NCBI RefSeq assembly: GCF_018350175.1
Contig: NC_058369.1
Location: 5,582,001-5,646,000 of the forward strand
Direction: 5' to 3'
Source of the DNA: Felis catus
Taxonomy: Eukaryota
DNA length: 64,000 nucleotides
Shown here: positions 13,132 through 34,024 of the stretch, in pieces
How positions within the stretch are numbered: the first letter of the stretch is position 1
Layout of the letters: each line of letters begins with the position of its first letter
Notes under the pieces: generated by a model
The model's input: only the letters and a program-made list of their open reading frames with translations
Databases searched by the model: none
Told to the model about the DNA's origin: nothing
Translations under genes and position numbers: made by a program

Positions 13132-13989
13132 CCTCCCCTGCTTGCTCTCTTTTTTATTAAAAAAATTTTTTTTAATGTTTATTTATTTTTGAGAGACAGA
13201 GCATGAGTGGGGGAGGGGCAGAGAGAGAGGGAGACACAGAATCCGAAGCAGGCTCCAGGCTCCGAGCTGTCAGCACAGAGCCCGACGCGGGGCTCGAACT
13301 CGTGGACCGCGAGATCATGACCTGAGCGGAAGCCGGACGCTTAACCGACTGAGCCACCCAGGCGCCCCGCTCTCTCTCTTTCTCAAACAAACAAACAAAA
13401 ATATTTTGTAATAAAATCTCCTTAATTAATGTAAAAAAAAAAAAAATTCTTCCCCGTCTTTTCTCTCGGGCATTTTCTCCATTTGTTAGGGCTTTCTGGC
13501 CCCTGGTAGGCACTCAATAAACACTGGGTGAGGTCTCATAGCTTAGTGGTTACCAACAGCTCTGAGGTTAAAAGTTGTTTGCTTCTTACTAGTTGTGGGA
13601 CCCAGGGCAAGTCCCTTGCTTCCGTTTCTCATCTCTAAATCAGGGCTAGTAAGCTATGCCCACCTCCTAGGGTCATTATGAATACCATGACATGTCAAAG
13701 ACTCACATTGTGTGGAATGTTCTCGTCTTTTTTTTTTTAAGTTTTTTTTAATGTTTTTATTTTTGAGACAGAGAGAGACAGAGCATAAGCAGGGAAGGGG
13801 CGGAGAGAGGGGGAGCCACAGAAGCGGAAGCGGGCTCCAGGCTCTGAGCTGTCAGCACAGAGCCCGGTGTGGGGCTCGAACTCACGGAGTGTGATACCAT
13901 GACCTGAGCTGAAGTAGGGCGCTCAACCCACTGAGCCACCCAGGCGCCCCTGGAGTGTTCTTGTCTTTTATGTCACAATTTATTTAGGT

Positions 13990-14605
13990 TGATACAGTTC
14001 CTCACAAAATTAAACACAGAATTACCATAGACCCAAGCAGTTGCATTTCTGGGCATGTACCTAAAAGGATTGAGAGCAGGGACCCGAACACATATCTGTA
14101 CATCCATGTTCATGGCCGCATTATCCACAATGGCCAACAAGTGGAAGCCATCCTGGTGTCCGTCGATGGATGAATGGACAAACAGGAAGAGGAATGAATA
14201 TCCATACGATGCACTATTATCACTCAGCCTTTTGTCAAAAAGGGAATTCTAACACCTGCTACGATGTGGACGGACCTCGAAGGCCTTATGCTCAGTGAAG
14301 TAAGTCACATACTGTACATACATACACATAAAGAAACACATACCGTAAGATCCCACTCACAGGAGGTCCCCAGGTCCTGAGAGGAGTTCCATCCACAGAG
14401 ACAGAAGGTAGATAGATGGTGGGAGCCGGGAGGGTGGTGCAGGGGCAGGGGAGTCCGTGTTTCATGGGGACAGTTTGGGGAGATGGAAGGTTCTGGAGAC
14501 AGATGGTGGGGGTGGCTGCTCAACACTGAATGTACTTAATGCCACTGAACTGTATGGTGAAAAACGGTCAAGATGGCCAATTTAATGTGTTTATTTTACC
14601 ATACA
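13990..14605 (+). mobile_element. Old L1M-type 3' end fragment
   Basis: aaattaaacacagaattacc...gatgaatggacaaaca...tatgctcagtgaagtaagtca...aaggttctggaga...tgtacttaatgccactgaactgta and an A-tail. Confidence 0.75.
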
Positions 14606-15604
14606 AAAAAAAAAAGAGACTTAAGAACAGCGCCTAGCACTGAGTGAACGTGCCGCACTTATTAAATCACAGAAATCTGAGTCATCGAAACAGCATCACT
14701 GGACTGCGTGACCCCCCAAGGGAACAGTGTCGGGTTAGTCTTGTTCCCCGGTACGTGCCTCCGGCCTGGCCAATCACAGGGGCTCAGGAAAGATCTGATC
14801 TCTGGACTACTTGGAACCCGCCAGGGTGCCTCATTACTTCACTTGGCCCACCTGAAGCCCCCACCCACTCTCTGCCCCCCTCCCCCATGCCCACACTGCC
14901 CAAATGGATTCAGCACCCCCAAGGTCTGTGTGAATGGCCCCTGGAGTGTGTGGCCCCACCAGATCCCCCCCACTGTCCCACTGGTGGCCTTGGCCCACGC
15001 TGCTCCCTGGCTCACTCCAACTCTATAGGAACGGCTCCCTGTGGCTCAGGGCTCTTCTGGAAGGCCTCTCTGGGTTTGCTCAGCCCTCCAGGCAAGGTGG
15101 CCAAAGCCTGAAATTGGGAGAGACTAGACCCCCTTCTCTGGTGGCTCTTCTAGGGGTCAAGGGTATAAGGGGCCTCATGCCAGAGGGTGGAGCTTCTATA
15201 ACAGCCCCCTGCCCTCACCTGAGGGGCCACAGTGAGTCCCGTGGCTAGTGCAGGGATGGGCTGGGGGGTCCACATAGGCCTGGGCTGGGGGGGGGGGGGC
15301 ACAGCCACACTTCCTATATAGTGGGAAATGGTCCTCAGGCCAGCTCTGCCCACAGGGACCAGGGGAGAAGCTGGATCCTGGGGAGAGGCAGAGAACTCCG
15401 GGCTACCTGCCTCCCTCCCCACTGGGCCCTCCTTAAAGGTCAGTCTGGGATGGGGAGAGCCGGGGTGGCTCTGGTACCAACGTTCCCCAGAGCAGCCCCT
15501 CTCGCCTGTCCTTGCGGGGACCCCAGGTGATGAGGCAGCCGTGGACAGCAGGGATGAACAACCCCAAGGCTGTGAATGAGGGGCAGTGGACACGGCTCAT
15601 GACC

Positions 15605-15638
<34 letters not shown>

Positions 15639-15959
15639 CCAGGAGGCACCCTTGGATCCTGGGCCGGGAAATTTAATACACCCCCCCCACCCCAGCCACA
15701 GGGGCAGCTTAGAGAGGATTCGATCCTCTCCCCCCCCACCCCCCCCAGGCCAAGGCCCCTGGGGTCAGCTCATGGGCCTCCACATTGTCCCAAGCGGGGC
15801 CTCAACCTGGTCTTCTAGCTCCCTGGGGGGCCGGGCCAGGGTGAGGCACCCCGCAGCAGGGCGTGGGCAGCGAGGAGGACCCAGCTGTGGCCGCCTGGCG
15901 GAGAGAAAGAAGACAAAGGCGCAGCGGCAGGTTTCTGTACAGGAAGTTGGAGTATACAT

Positions 15960-15965
15960 TTTAGT
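15960..15965 (-). terminator. Probable RAB11B poly(A) signal, variant ACTAAA
   Basis: About 860 nt after the stop codon; preceded by several UGUA motifs and followed by U/UG-rich sequence. An alternative ATTAAA lies at 15672-15677. Confidence 0.5.
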
Positions 15966-16821
15966 AACGGGCTGAAGAAATGAGGCATCCGGGGCAACAG
16001 TGCAGGGGCCACAGGGAGAATAAGAGATCGAGAGCTGGGGTTTGGCGTAAATCTTACAAAGTGTATAAAGAATCTGTGTTTCTCTACAATAACAAAAAAA
16101 CCAAAGGCTACAAGAGCGGTTGTATATACAAAACACGGAGATATTGCTTCACTTGCAAACAGGTTCCGGACCAGACGGGAGACAAGACAGAGGGGGGCAC
16201 AGGGAAGGGCCGGAGAGCGCGCCGCGTGCAAAAGGAGGGGGAGGGGAGGGGGGGGTCTTCTCCCAGCATAAATCTACAGGCGGGAGCTGGAGTCGCGCAC
16301 GCACGGGAGAGGTCGAAGGCGTGTGCCGGTGCGTGTGCCGGTGCTGGCTGTGCGTGGGGGGACAGGGGTGCCGAGAGCCGAGAGTGTCCGCCTGCCCCGG
16401 CCCCCTGGCGCCTTGCTCTTCGAGCATCAGCCCGGAAGGGGGTTCCGGATGGGGACCGCGGACCAGCTGGGCCAACTGGCCACAGAGGGCGGGAGGCAAT
16501 CGCTCCCTGGAGTCTGCCGTGGAAAACCGGAGAAGCCCGCTCGGTGCGCCCATCCTCCTGGCCCATGCGCCCCGCCCCGCCGAGATGCACACGGAGGCCC
16601 CAGAAGAAACAGGGGCTTCCGGCTTTCCTCGAGCGAGCGGGCCGGCAGGTGCCGCCCACTCCTGTTCTTCCGGGGCCCGGCCGGCCAGCCATGCGGAGCT
16701 CGATGGGAGGGCAGGAGCCAGTCACGGAGGGGGCGGAGAGGGGAGGGCAGGGAGGACGGCAGGGGGGAGGGGCGGGCGGAGGACGAGGACGTGCACGCAC
16801 GCGCGGGGCGGCGCGGGGCGG

Positions 16822-26202
<9,381 letters not shown>

Positions 26203-27177
26203 TGTCCTGGCGCTTCCGGCGGGATCGGCGACTCCGCAGCCCCACCACAAACACCCGACGGGGGCGGAGCCGGCGCCGCGCAGAGCGGCGGATGGATGAC
26301 CAATAAGAGGCGGGTGGCGTAGCGACCGGCACCCAAGGCAACCAATTACAGGCGGAAGCAGAGCCTCAGGGGTGGGCGCTGCCTGGGATCCACCCCTCTC
26401 GCCCTCGGTCTCCTGGAGAAAGGCGGAAGGAATGCGGACCTTTTTGAAGTGACGGCCGCGTCAGCCTATCAGAGGTGGGCTCTGGAAGGCGGGGCGGAAG
26501 ACTGTAAGAATGAAACAGATTGATGGAGCGAGTAACCAATGAGAGGCCTGATTCAGGAGGTCCCGGAGTACCAGAGGACCTGTCCGGGAAGGGAAATGGG
26601 TCTACGTCCAGGTAATGTTACGCTATTTAACGTCCCGATGACGTCATAGGTCAATACGCTCTGCTCTGCCTCCTCCGCCTTGGCAAATGACCGTTTCCGG
26701 GGGCCTCTGAGCTGGTGGGGGAGGGGGGATTTCCACCTAGTGTTTCCCTGTCCTCGCTTGGTTGGGTTTCCATCACTACGTTTCTGAGTCATTAAGATAC
26801 CCCTCTACCTCAGTTTTCTCTGCTACATAACGGAAGGAACTCACCTCCTGGAATCTTTTGAGGATAACTAGATCAATTCCCTAAACACTCAGTAAATCAA
26901 CCATCCACTTTCTGTCATTAAGTCTTTAACAGATATTTATGAAATCCTTCCTGGACGTCAGACTCCTCCAACATGATCTCCCCTTCTATAAATCCTCGCC
27001 TTGTTTTATTTCGCCTCCTCACCTCCCCACCCCGAGGGTTTATCACTACCTGACATTAGATGATGTATTTCTGGGGGGGGTCTGGCGGGCCCAGTCGGTG
27101 GAGCCTATGACTCTTGATCTCAGGGTGGGGAGTTTGGGCCCCACGTTGGGCGTAGAGCTTATTTAAAAAAAAAAAAG

Positions 27178-27179
<2 letters not shown>

Positions 27180-27228
<49 letters not shown>

Positions 27229-27270
27229 AATAAATAAATATATATAAATATATATGTGTGTATATATATT
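27180..27270. repeat. (TA)n microsatellite in a SINE tail
   Basis: Directly visible. Confidence 0.92.
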
Positions 27271-29795
27271 TCTTGATCCAGTAATCTCTTTAGTCCCCTG
27301 CCAGCAGAACATCAGCCCCATGAAGGCAAGGACTATCTGTCACTGTGGGTGCTGTGTCCCCAGTGCTCAATGTATAGTTGATCAGTGATGAATAATATAA
27401 CCAGAGAGCTCTGTGCTAGTTATTTTGTTATGACCATAATTGTAATTATTATAATTGCCTCCTAGCCCTCATCCCTGGATTGTCCAACAGGCATCTCAGA
27501 CACTAATTTGGTCTCTTCTTCCAGGTCTACTCCTCCCCCTGTGACTGTGTTCTCCCCACACCACCCCCTACCTCGTGCTGCTCCAATGCCCATCTCACAG
27601 CCAAAGGTCATGAACTCCTCTCTCTCCTCCTCTCTTAGTCCCCTGCTTCTTCCTCCCCTCTTTTCCCTCAGTTGCATTATTCTGTTCCTCTTCCCTCCTA
27701 AGTTTCTGACCACTTCTCACCCCCTCAATCCTAGACCTGTCGTTAGTCCCTGGACCAGTACAGTTGTCCAGTACAGAATCTTTTTCCTGTACTCAAACTT
27801 GCCACCCCAAGATCAAGAGTCATATATTCTACCGACTGAGCCAGCCAGGCGCCCCAGTCAGAGCAGTCTTTTATTTTATCTCATCTTTTAAAGTTTATTT
27901 ATTTGAGAGAGAGACTGCATGCGCAGTCAGGAGAGGGAGAGAGAGAGGGAGAGAAGGAATCCCAAGCAGGCTCTACAGGAGGCTCAAACTCAGGAACCCA
28001 TGAGATCATGACCTGAGCCCAAATCAAGAGTCAGATGCTTAACCGTCTGAGCCACCCAGGAGCCCCTAGGGCCGTTTTTTAAAACATAAGTCAGATTGTC
28101 TCACTCTGCTGTTTAAAAATCTTTCGGTTCTTCATTTAGTAAACATTTACTAAGCACATGCTAAGTGCCAGGTAGGACTCTAGGTGCTAAGGATACAGTA
28201 TCGAATGAGACAAAGTCCCAGCCCTCACAGAGCTGACAGTCTGATGGGGTCAGGCAGATGAAAAACCAGTAAACAACATGCACAAGGTAGTTTCAGAATG
28301 GGAGGCGTGCAGTGAGGGGAATGACTCACATTATGTGATCCTGGCGTTCCTTAGCTAGGGACCCAGGGAAGGCATCCTGGAGCAGATGGCGTTTGCCCTA
28401 AGTTTGGGGAAAGGGGAGGAAATGGTGGGAACAGCATTTCGGGGGGGACACAACAGCAAGTGAGAGAGACTCTGATGGATCTGAACAGCCAGATGGCCGT
28501 GGTGGCTGAAGAATTGGATCCAGGGACCAAGAGCTCAGAAGAGGTGAAAAAGCCGAGACCGGAAGCCAGACCAGAGTGGCCCCTCCCAGGCTTTGTCGGC
28601 ACACTCCTGGGTGGCTGGCTTGAAGAGCACATTCCTGCTCAAACCCCCTCCCGCCCCCAGTTCACCATCCCCACTTCCTGCCCAAATGCTGCAGACAGGG
28701 GGCGCTATGCACTGATTCCCCCAGCGAGCTTCACTTTCTGATGACGTCACTAGGCTTTTGATGTCACTGTGTCCTCTTCCTGGAATGTCCTCTCCCTCCC
28801 CCACCTTCTTGGTGGAATTTTCATCCTTCTTTGAAAATTGCCTGAAAAGTCATCTTCACCCTGAAGCTTTTTCTCCTGTCTGAGTCAGGGTCCCTTCTCC
28901 TGCCCCCCCACCCCCCCAGCGTAGCTCAGAGTGATAATAGTATTTGTAATGACGACTGATGTTTATATTGTGTGCTCACTACTAGCCAGACGCTGTCTGG
29001 GCTGCTTTTCATTTACTGCTGCATGAAATCCTCACAGCACCAGGAGAACAGAAAGGGGTGGGAATGGAAGGGTGGGGTACCAGTGCCCCCCCCCTCCCAT
29101 TTTCCAGATGCAGGAGCTGAGGCCATCAAGCTTTAGTACACAGTCTCTAGTCAACCAGGAGAATGATGTCGCTGAAGAGCTGAATGGGTCTGGATTCACA
29201 TCCTGGCTCTTGTTTGGTTCCCAGTCATGGTGGTTGTTCTTTGTGTTGTTCCTGGAGATGGAAGAGAGGAGGAGAAGGGACAGTTTGGGGGGGGGATGAG
29301 CTTTCTTGGCAGAGCTTGAGAATTGAAATGGCATAGGTGGGGGACCCCCTCCCCTGCCAACCTCCACAGATGGGACTTCCCACCAGTTCCAACCACAACG
29401 GGCTCAAGGGAGACTCTGCAAGCCCGCCTGGTACAGGACACCCCCAGACAAGGAGCCTGGAGGGAGTCTGGCCTCCAGCTGAGGAGTTCATCACCCGTCC
29501 TCAGCCAGGGCCCCACGGAAGTTACTGTGTCCCAGCATCATCCAGGAAGAGTCACCGGAGAAGAAAGTCACAGACTTTTCTTCTACCAAAAGAGGCCCCC
29601 TACTACCTTAGGAGCACTTAGGAGGCATATTAGAAAAAATATATTCCCCTGTTAAAACAGCAGCTAAGGGACACATGGGTGGCTCAGTCGATTAAGTGTC
29701 TGAAGTTTCCGACCCTTGATCTCAGTGTTGTGAGTTCAAGCCCCATGCTGGGTGTGAAGCCTACTTAAAAACAAAAACAAAAACAACAAACGAAC

Positions 29796-29796
<1 letters not shown>

Positions 29797-29833
<37 letters not shown>
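29797..29833. repeat. (CA)n microsatellite
   Basis: Directly visible. Confidence 0.92.
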
Positions 29834-29834
<1 letters not shown>

Positions 29835-30057
29835 CAGCTGGGCCCTCAGGACACAGACAGATGTTGCCTTTCCCTAACATGTGTCCTGGAGATAAGGCAT
29901 CACATATTCCAAGCCATAAGATAGGAGTGACAATTGTAGGCAGTACATTAAATAGCATTGACCCACAAGCTGAGAAAGTCTTAACTTTTTCCCAGTTTTG
30001 AAGTATTTTATCATCTATCAAGGAGAAAGGCTTCTTTCTTGCTCATCCATCCATCTT

Positions 30058-30290
30058 TTTTTCTCATTTTTTTAAAAATTTTTTTTTCAACGTTTATTTA
30101 TTTTTGGGACAGAGAGAGACAGAGCATGAACGGGGGAGGGGCAGAGAGAGAGGGAGACACAGAATCGGAAACAGGCTCCAGGCTCCGAGCCATCAGCCCA
30201 GAGCCCGACGCGGGGCTTGAACTCACGGACCGCGAGATCGTGACCTGGCTGAAGTCGGACGCTTAACCGACTGCGCCACCCAGGCGCCCC
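30058..30290 (-). mobile_element. Young feline CAN-SINE with perfect 18-bp TSD
   Basis: TGCTCATCCATCCATCTT at 30040-30057 and 30291-30308; CpGs intact. Confidence 0.92.
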
Positions 30291-32249
30291 TGCTCATCCA
30301 TCCATCTTGAACGGTTTTCTAGCCCCATCTCCCCTTTTTATACAGAGCCCTGAGGCAGACTGAGAGCCTTCAGAAGGCAACAGGATCTGGCTAGAATTTT
30401 CTTGCCCACATTTTATTGTGAAGTTTTAAAAATACGCAGAAAAATGGGAAGAACTGTACAGAGAATACCTAGATTCCACTATTAACATTTTGCTTTATTA
30501 TACACCCATCTCTCTATCCAACCAGCCATCATCTTATTTTTTGATGCATTTCAAAGAAAGTTGAAAATTTGGAGGACTCTAATGTATAGCACGGTGATTT
30601 TAGTTAGTACTTGAAAGTTGCTAAGAGAGGAGACATTAAATGTTCTCACCACGGGGGTGCCTGGGGGGCTCGGTCAGTCGAGCATCCAACTCTTGATTTT
30701 GGCTCAGGTCATGATTTCATGCTTCTGTGAGTTTGAGCCCCACATCCGGCCACGTGCTGGCAGTATGGAGCCTTCTTGCGATTCTCTCCCCCCCCCCCCC
30801 CCCCCCACCTGCTCCTCCCGTGCTTTCTCTCTCTCTCCCAACAAATAAACAAAATAAATAAATGTTCTTACAACAACAACAAAAAGAAAGAAAGAGAACT
30901 ATGTAATGTGATGGAAGTGTTAGCTACCACTAGGGTGGTAATCATTTCACAATATATAGGTGTATGAAATCAACACATTGTACACCTTAAACTTACACAA
31001 TATCATATGTCAGTTGTATCTAAAAAAGCTGGGGAAAAAATGAAAGAAAGTTGAATACATTAGTCTACTTCCCCTTGTAAACGCTTCAGCATGCATGTCA
31101 TCAACTCGAGTTCAATATTCGTTTATGGCTCTTTTTGTGTTTTCTTCTTCTGAGGTGAAAATTACATACAATGCAATATAGATCTTCAGTGTCCATTCAC
31201 AGAGACAAAGGCATATGGCGGAGTAACCCATCTCTAGGAAGGCTCAGAACGTCACCATCACCGGGGAAGGCTGCCTCATGCCCACTTCTCAGTCAAATCC
31301 CGCCCATTTTTCCAGTGTCAACCACTATTTGTATTTTTCCCCCCACTCAAAAGTGCCTCACTTTGGACCATCAATTACAGGCCAAACTGTCTGTGATAGG
31401 AAGGGCTTTGAAGGTAAGCTTGATGAGAGCAGGAATCTTTCTGTTCACTAGGATTTAGTTTCCAAACATTTACTACAAGGGTTTGGCATGTAGTAAGAAC
31501 TCTATAAATATGAGTTGAATTTCTATACATATTTTTATGTAAGTAAGGCCAACTTTTTAAAAAAGCCAACTTAGGGGCACCTGGGTGGTTCAGTCAGTTA
31601 GGCCTCTCTCTCTCTCTCTCTCTTTTTTTTTTTAAGCTTATTTATTTACTTTGAGAGAGAGAGCACAGGGGAGGGGCAGAGAGAGAGAATTCGAGAGAAT
31701 TCCAAGCAGGCTCCACACCGTCAGCACAGAGCCCGATGTGGGTCTCGAACTCATGAACTGTGAGACCATGACCTGGAGTCAAAACTAAGAATTGGATGCT
31801 TTTTTTAATTTTTTTATTTACATTTATTTATTTATTTTTGAGAGACAGAGAGAGACAGAGCACAAGTGAGGGAGGGGCAGAGAGAGAGAGGGAGACACAG
31901 AATCCCAAGCAGGCTCCAGGCTCTGAGCTGTCAGAGCCTGACGCGGGGCTCGAACTCACAAACCGTGAGATCATGACCTGAGCCAAAGTCGGACGCTTAA
32001 CTGACGGAGCTACCCAGGCGCCCCCCAAGAGTTGGATGCTTAACCAACTGAGCCACCAGGCCTCTCTGCAGGCTGTGCAGAGCCTGCTTGGGATTCTCTC
32101 TCTCTCTCTGCCCCTCCCCCCCTCAAAATAAATGAACATTTTTGAAAAATAAAAAATAAATAAAAGAGCCAACTTAAAGGAAAACTTTGGCTGATGTGGC
32201 AAAAAATGTAAAGAATCTACCCAAAGCACTGCTTTCATGTAAACACTAG

Positions 32250-32825
32250 AACTATACTGGCCAGTATGGTGGTCATTAGCCTCTTGGCTACTGAGCCCTT
32301 GCAATACGGCCAGTCCGAATTAAGATGTGTCATAAGCGTAAACCAAACACTGGATTCCAAAGCCTTAGTACAAAAAACAACCAGTGTCAAATATCTCATT
32401 AATGACTTGTGTATCACTCACATGTTGAAATGATAATATTTTGGTTACATTGGGCTTGATAAAAATACATTTCTAAAATTAATTTCATCTGTTTCTTTTT
32501 TTTCTTTGTTTTTTTTTCTCCCTTTTTTTTTTTAATTTTTTTTTCAACGTTTATTTATTTTTGGGACAGAGAGAGACAGAGCATGAACGGGCGAGGGGCA
32601 GAGAGAGAGGGAGACACAGAATCGGAAACAGGCTCCAGGCTCTGAGCCATCAGCCCAGAGCCTGAGGCGGGGCTCGAACTCACGGACCGTGAGATCGTGA
32701 CCTGGCTGAAGTCGGACGCTTAACCGACTGCGCCACCCAGGCGCCCCTTTTTCTCCCTTTTTTTAAATGTGACTATTAGAAAAAAATTAAAATGCATGAC
32801 TCACATTATATTTCTATCAGATGGC
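32250..32825. mobile_element. MER33-type hAT element interrupted by a young SINE
   Basis: gtccgaattaagatgtg...atctcattaat...acatgttgaaatgataatattttgg...cacattatatttctat matches the recalled MER33 consensus. Confidence 0.65.
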
Positions 32826-33375
32826 TGGGTGCTAAACAGTTCATTGTGATTCACATGTGTTAAGTATGATGAAGAAGGCGTTCTCAGGGCGCCCGCATGG
32901 CTCAGTCAGTTGAACATCCAGCTGTTGATTTTGGCTCAGGTCACGGTCTCAGGGTTTCGTGGGTTGGTGCCCTGCGTCAGACTCTGTGCACTGACGGGAA
33001 CGCAGCCTGCTTGGGATTTCCCTCTCTCCCTCTCTCTCTGCCTCCCCCCGTTGCTCATGCTCTAGCTCTCTCAAAATAAATAAATAAATAGATAAACTTA
33101 AAAAAAGGGGGGGGCGGGGTTCTCATTTTCTCTATTACCTGCTTCCAGAAGGACTGAATGAGGGTCTTGGTTTTTGAAAAACAAAAATTGAGATCCACGT
33201 CGTGAAATAATATATGGAGGAAATCGAAATCAGTTGTAGGACCAATCGGCATTGTCCTCGAAGGACCTGGGAGTGTTCACCCTCTACCCTGGGAACATAT
33301 TTATGTGGACTCTGAAACTGCCCACTTTTAAAACAAACCAAAGGACACAGGAGAACGAAATGTGCTGAGGTTGCT

Positions 33376-33381
33376 TTTATT
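33376..33381 (-). terminator. ANGPTL4 poly(A) signal AATAAA
   Basis: Canonical hexamer about 460 nt after the stop codon, followed by CA and a GU/U-rich downstream element (tttcgttctcctgtgtcctttggtttg on minus). Confidence 0.85.
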
Positions 33382-33842
33382 GCAAGAATTTGGTGAGCTC
33401 CACCCGGATGTCATTGGCACCGGCTCATCCCACAGCACCCACACACGAGAGCACCGTGAGGGCACTGGGGGCCCACGGGAGCCCTGGTCCCCCAGCCAGT
33501 CAATGTGACTGAATCCGCCGTCGAGGGCTGGCTCGGCTGCCCCCGAGTGGTCCCTCTGTGTCCTCGACTCCTTAGGCGGGCAAGGAGCGGGCCTCAACGC
33601 CCCTCCGTCTCACGCTTCCTGGCTCTGTGCCCTGCAACCCTGTAGCTCTGCCCTCAGAGGGTATCACCTGCACCCCGCCACTCAGAAAGGGGGCATCTCC
33701 AGTCGTGAGCATCTTCTCTGTCCGTGAGGCTCCAGATGGCCCCCGTCTCGAGCCCCTGCCTGAGCAGGGAGTGGCCACACGCTGGGCCAGAGTCAAAGTC
33801 ACTGTTGTCTACGAGCCTGGGAGCCAGGCCCCAGTGGGGAGG

Positions 33843-34024
33843 CTAGGAGGCTGCTTCAGCTGCTGTCGGCTGGATCAGCATTGTGGTGGCCTGCAGCGGG
33901 TAGTAGCGGCCCCTCCAGGTCTTCCAGAAGATGCCCTTCTTACGCTGCTGCCGCTGGTGTGGGATGGAACGGAAGTACTGTCCATTAAGGTTGGAATGGC
34001 CACAGGTGCCAAACCACCAGCCAC
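33843..34024 (-). CDS. ANGPTL4: ANGPTL4 exon 7, coding part (to TAG)
   Basis: [18 protein letters not shown]...[27 protein letters not shown]. Confidence 0.96.

Noticed and set aside
15309..15324. ETS plus CArG-like/TATA-like motif ACTTCCTATATAGTGG
   Set aside because: Imperfect CArG with no associated exon or island; insufficient evidence.
33180..33360. Possible glucocorticoid response element 3' of ANGPTL4
   Set aside because: Only half-site-like GGAACA seen; no convincing palindrome.
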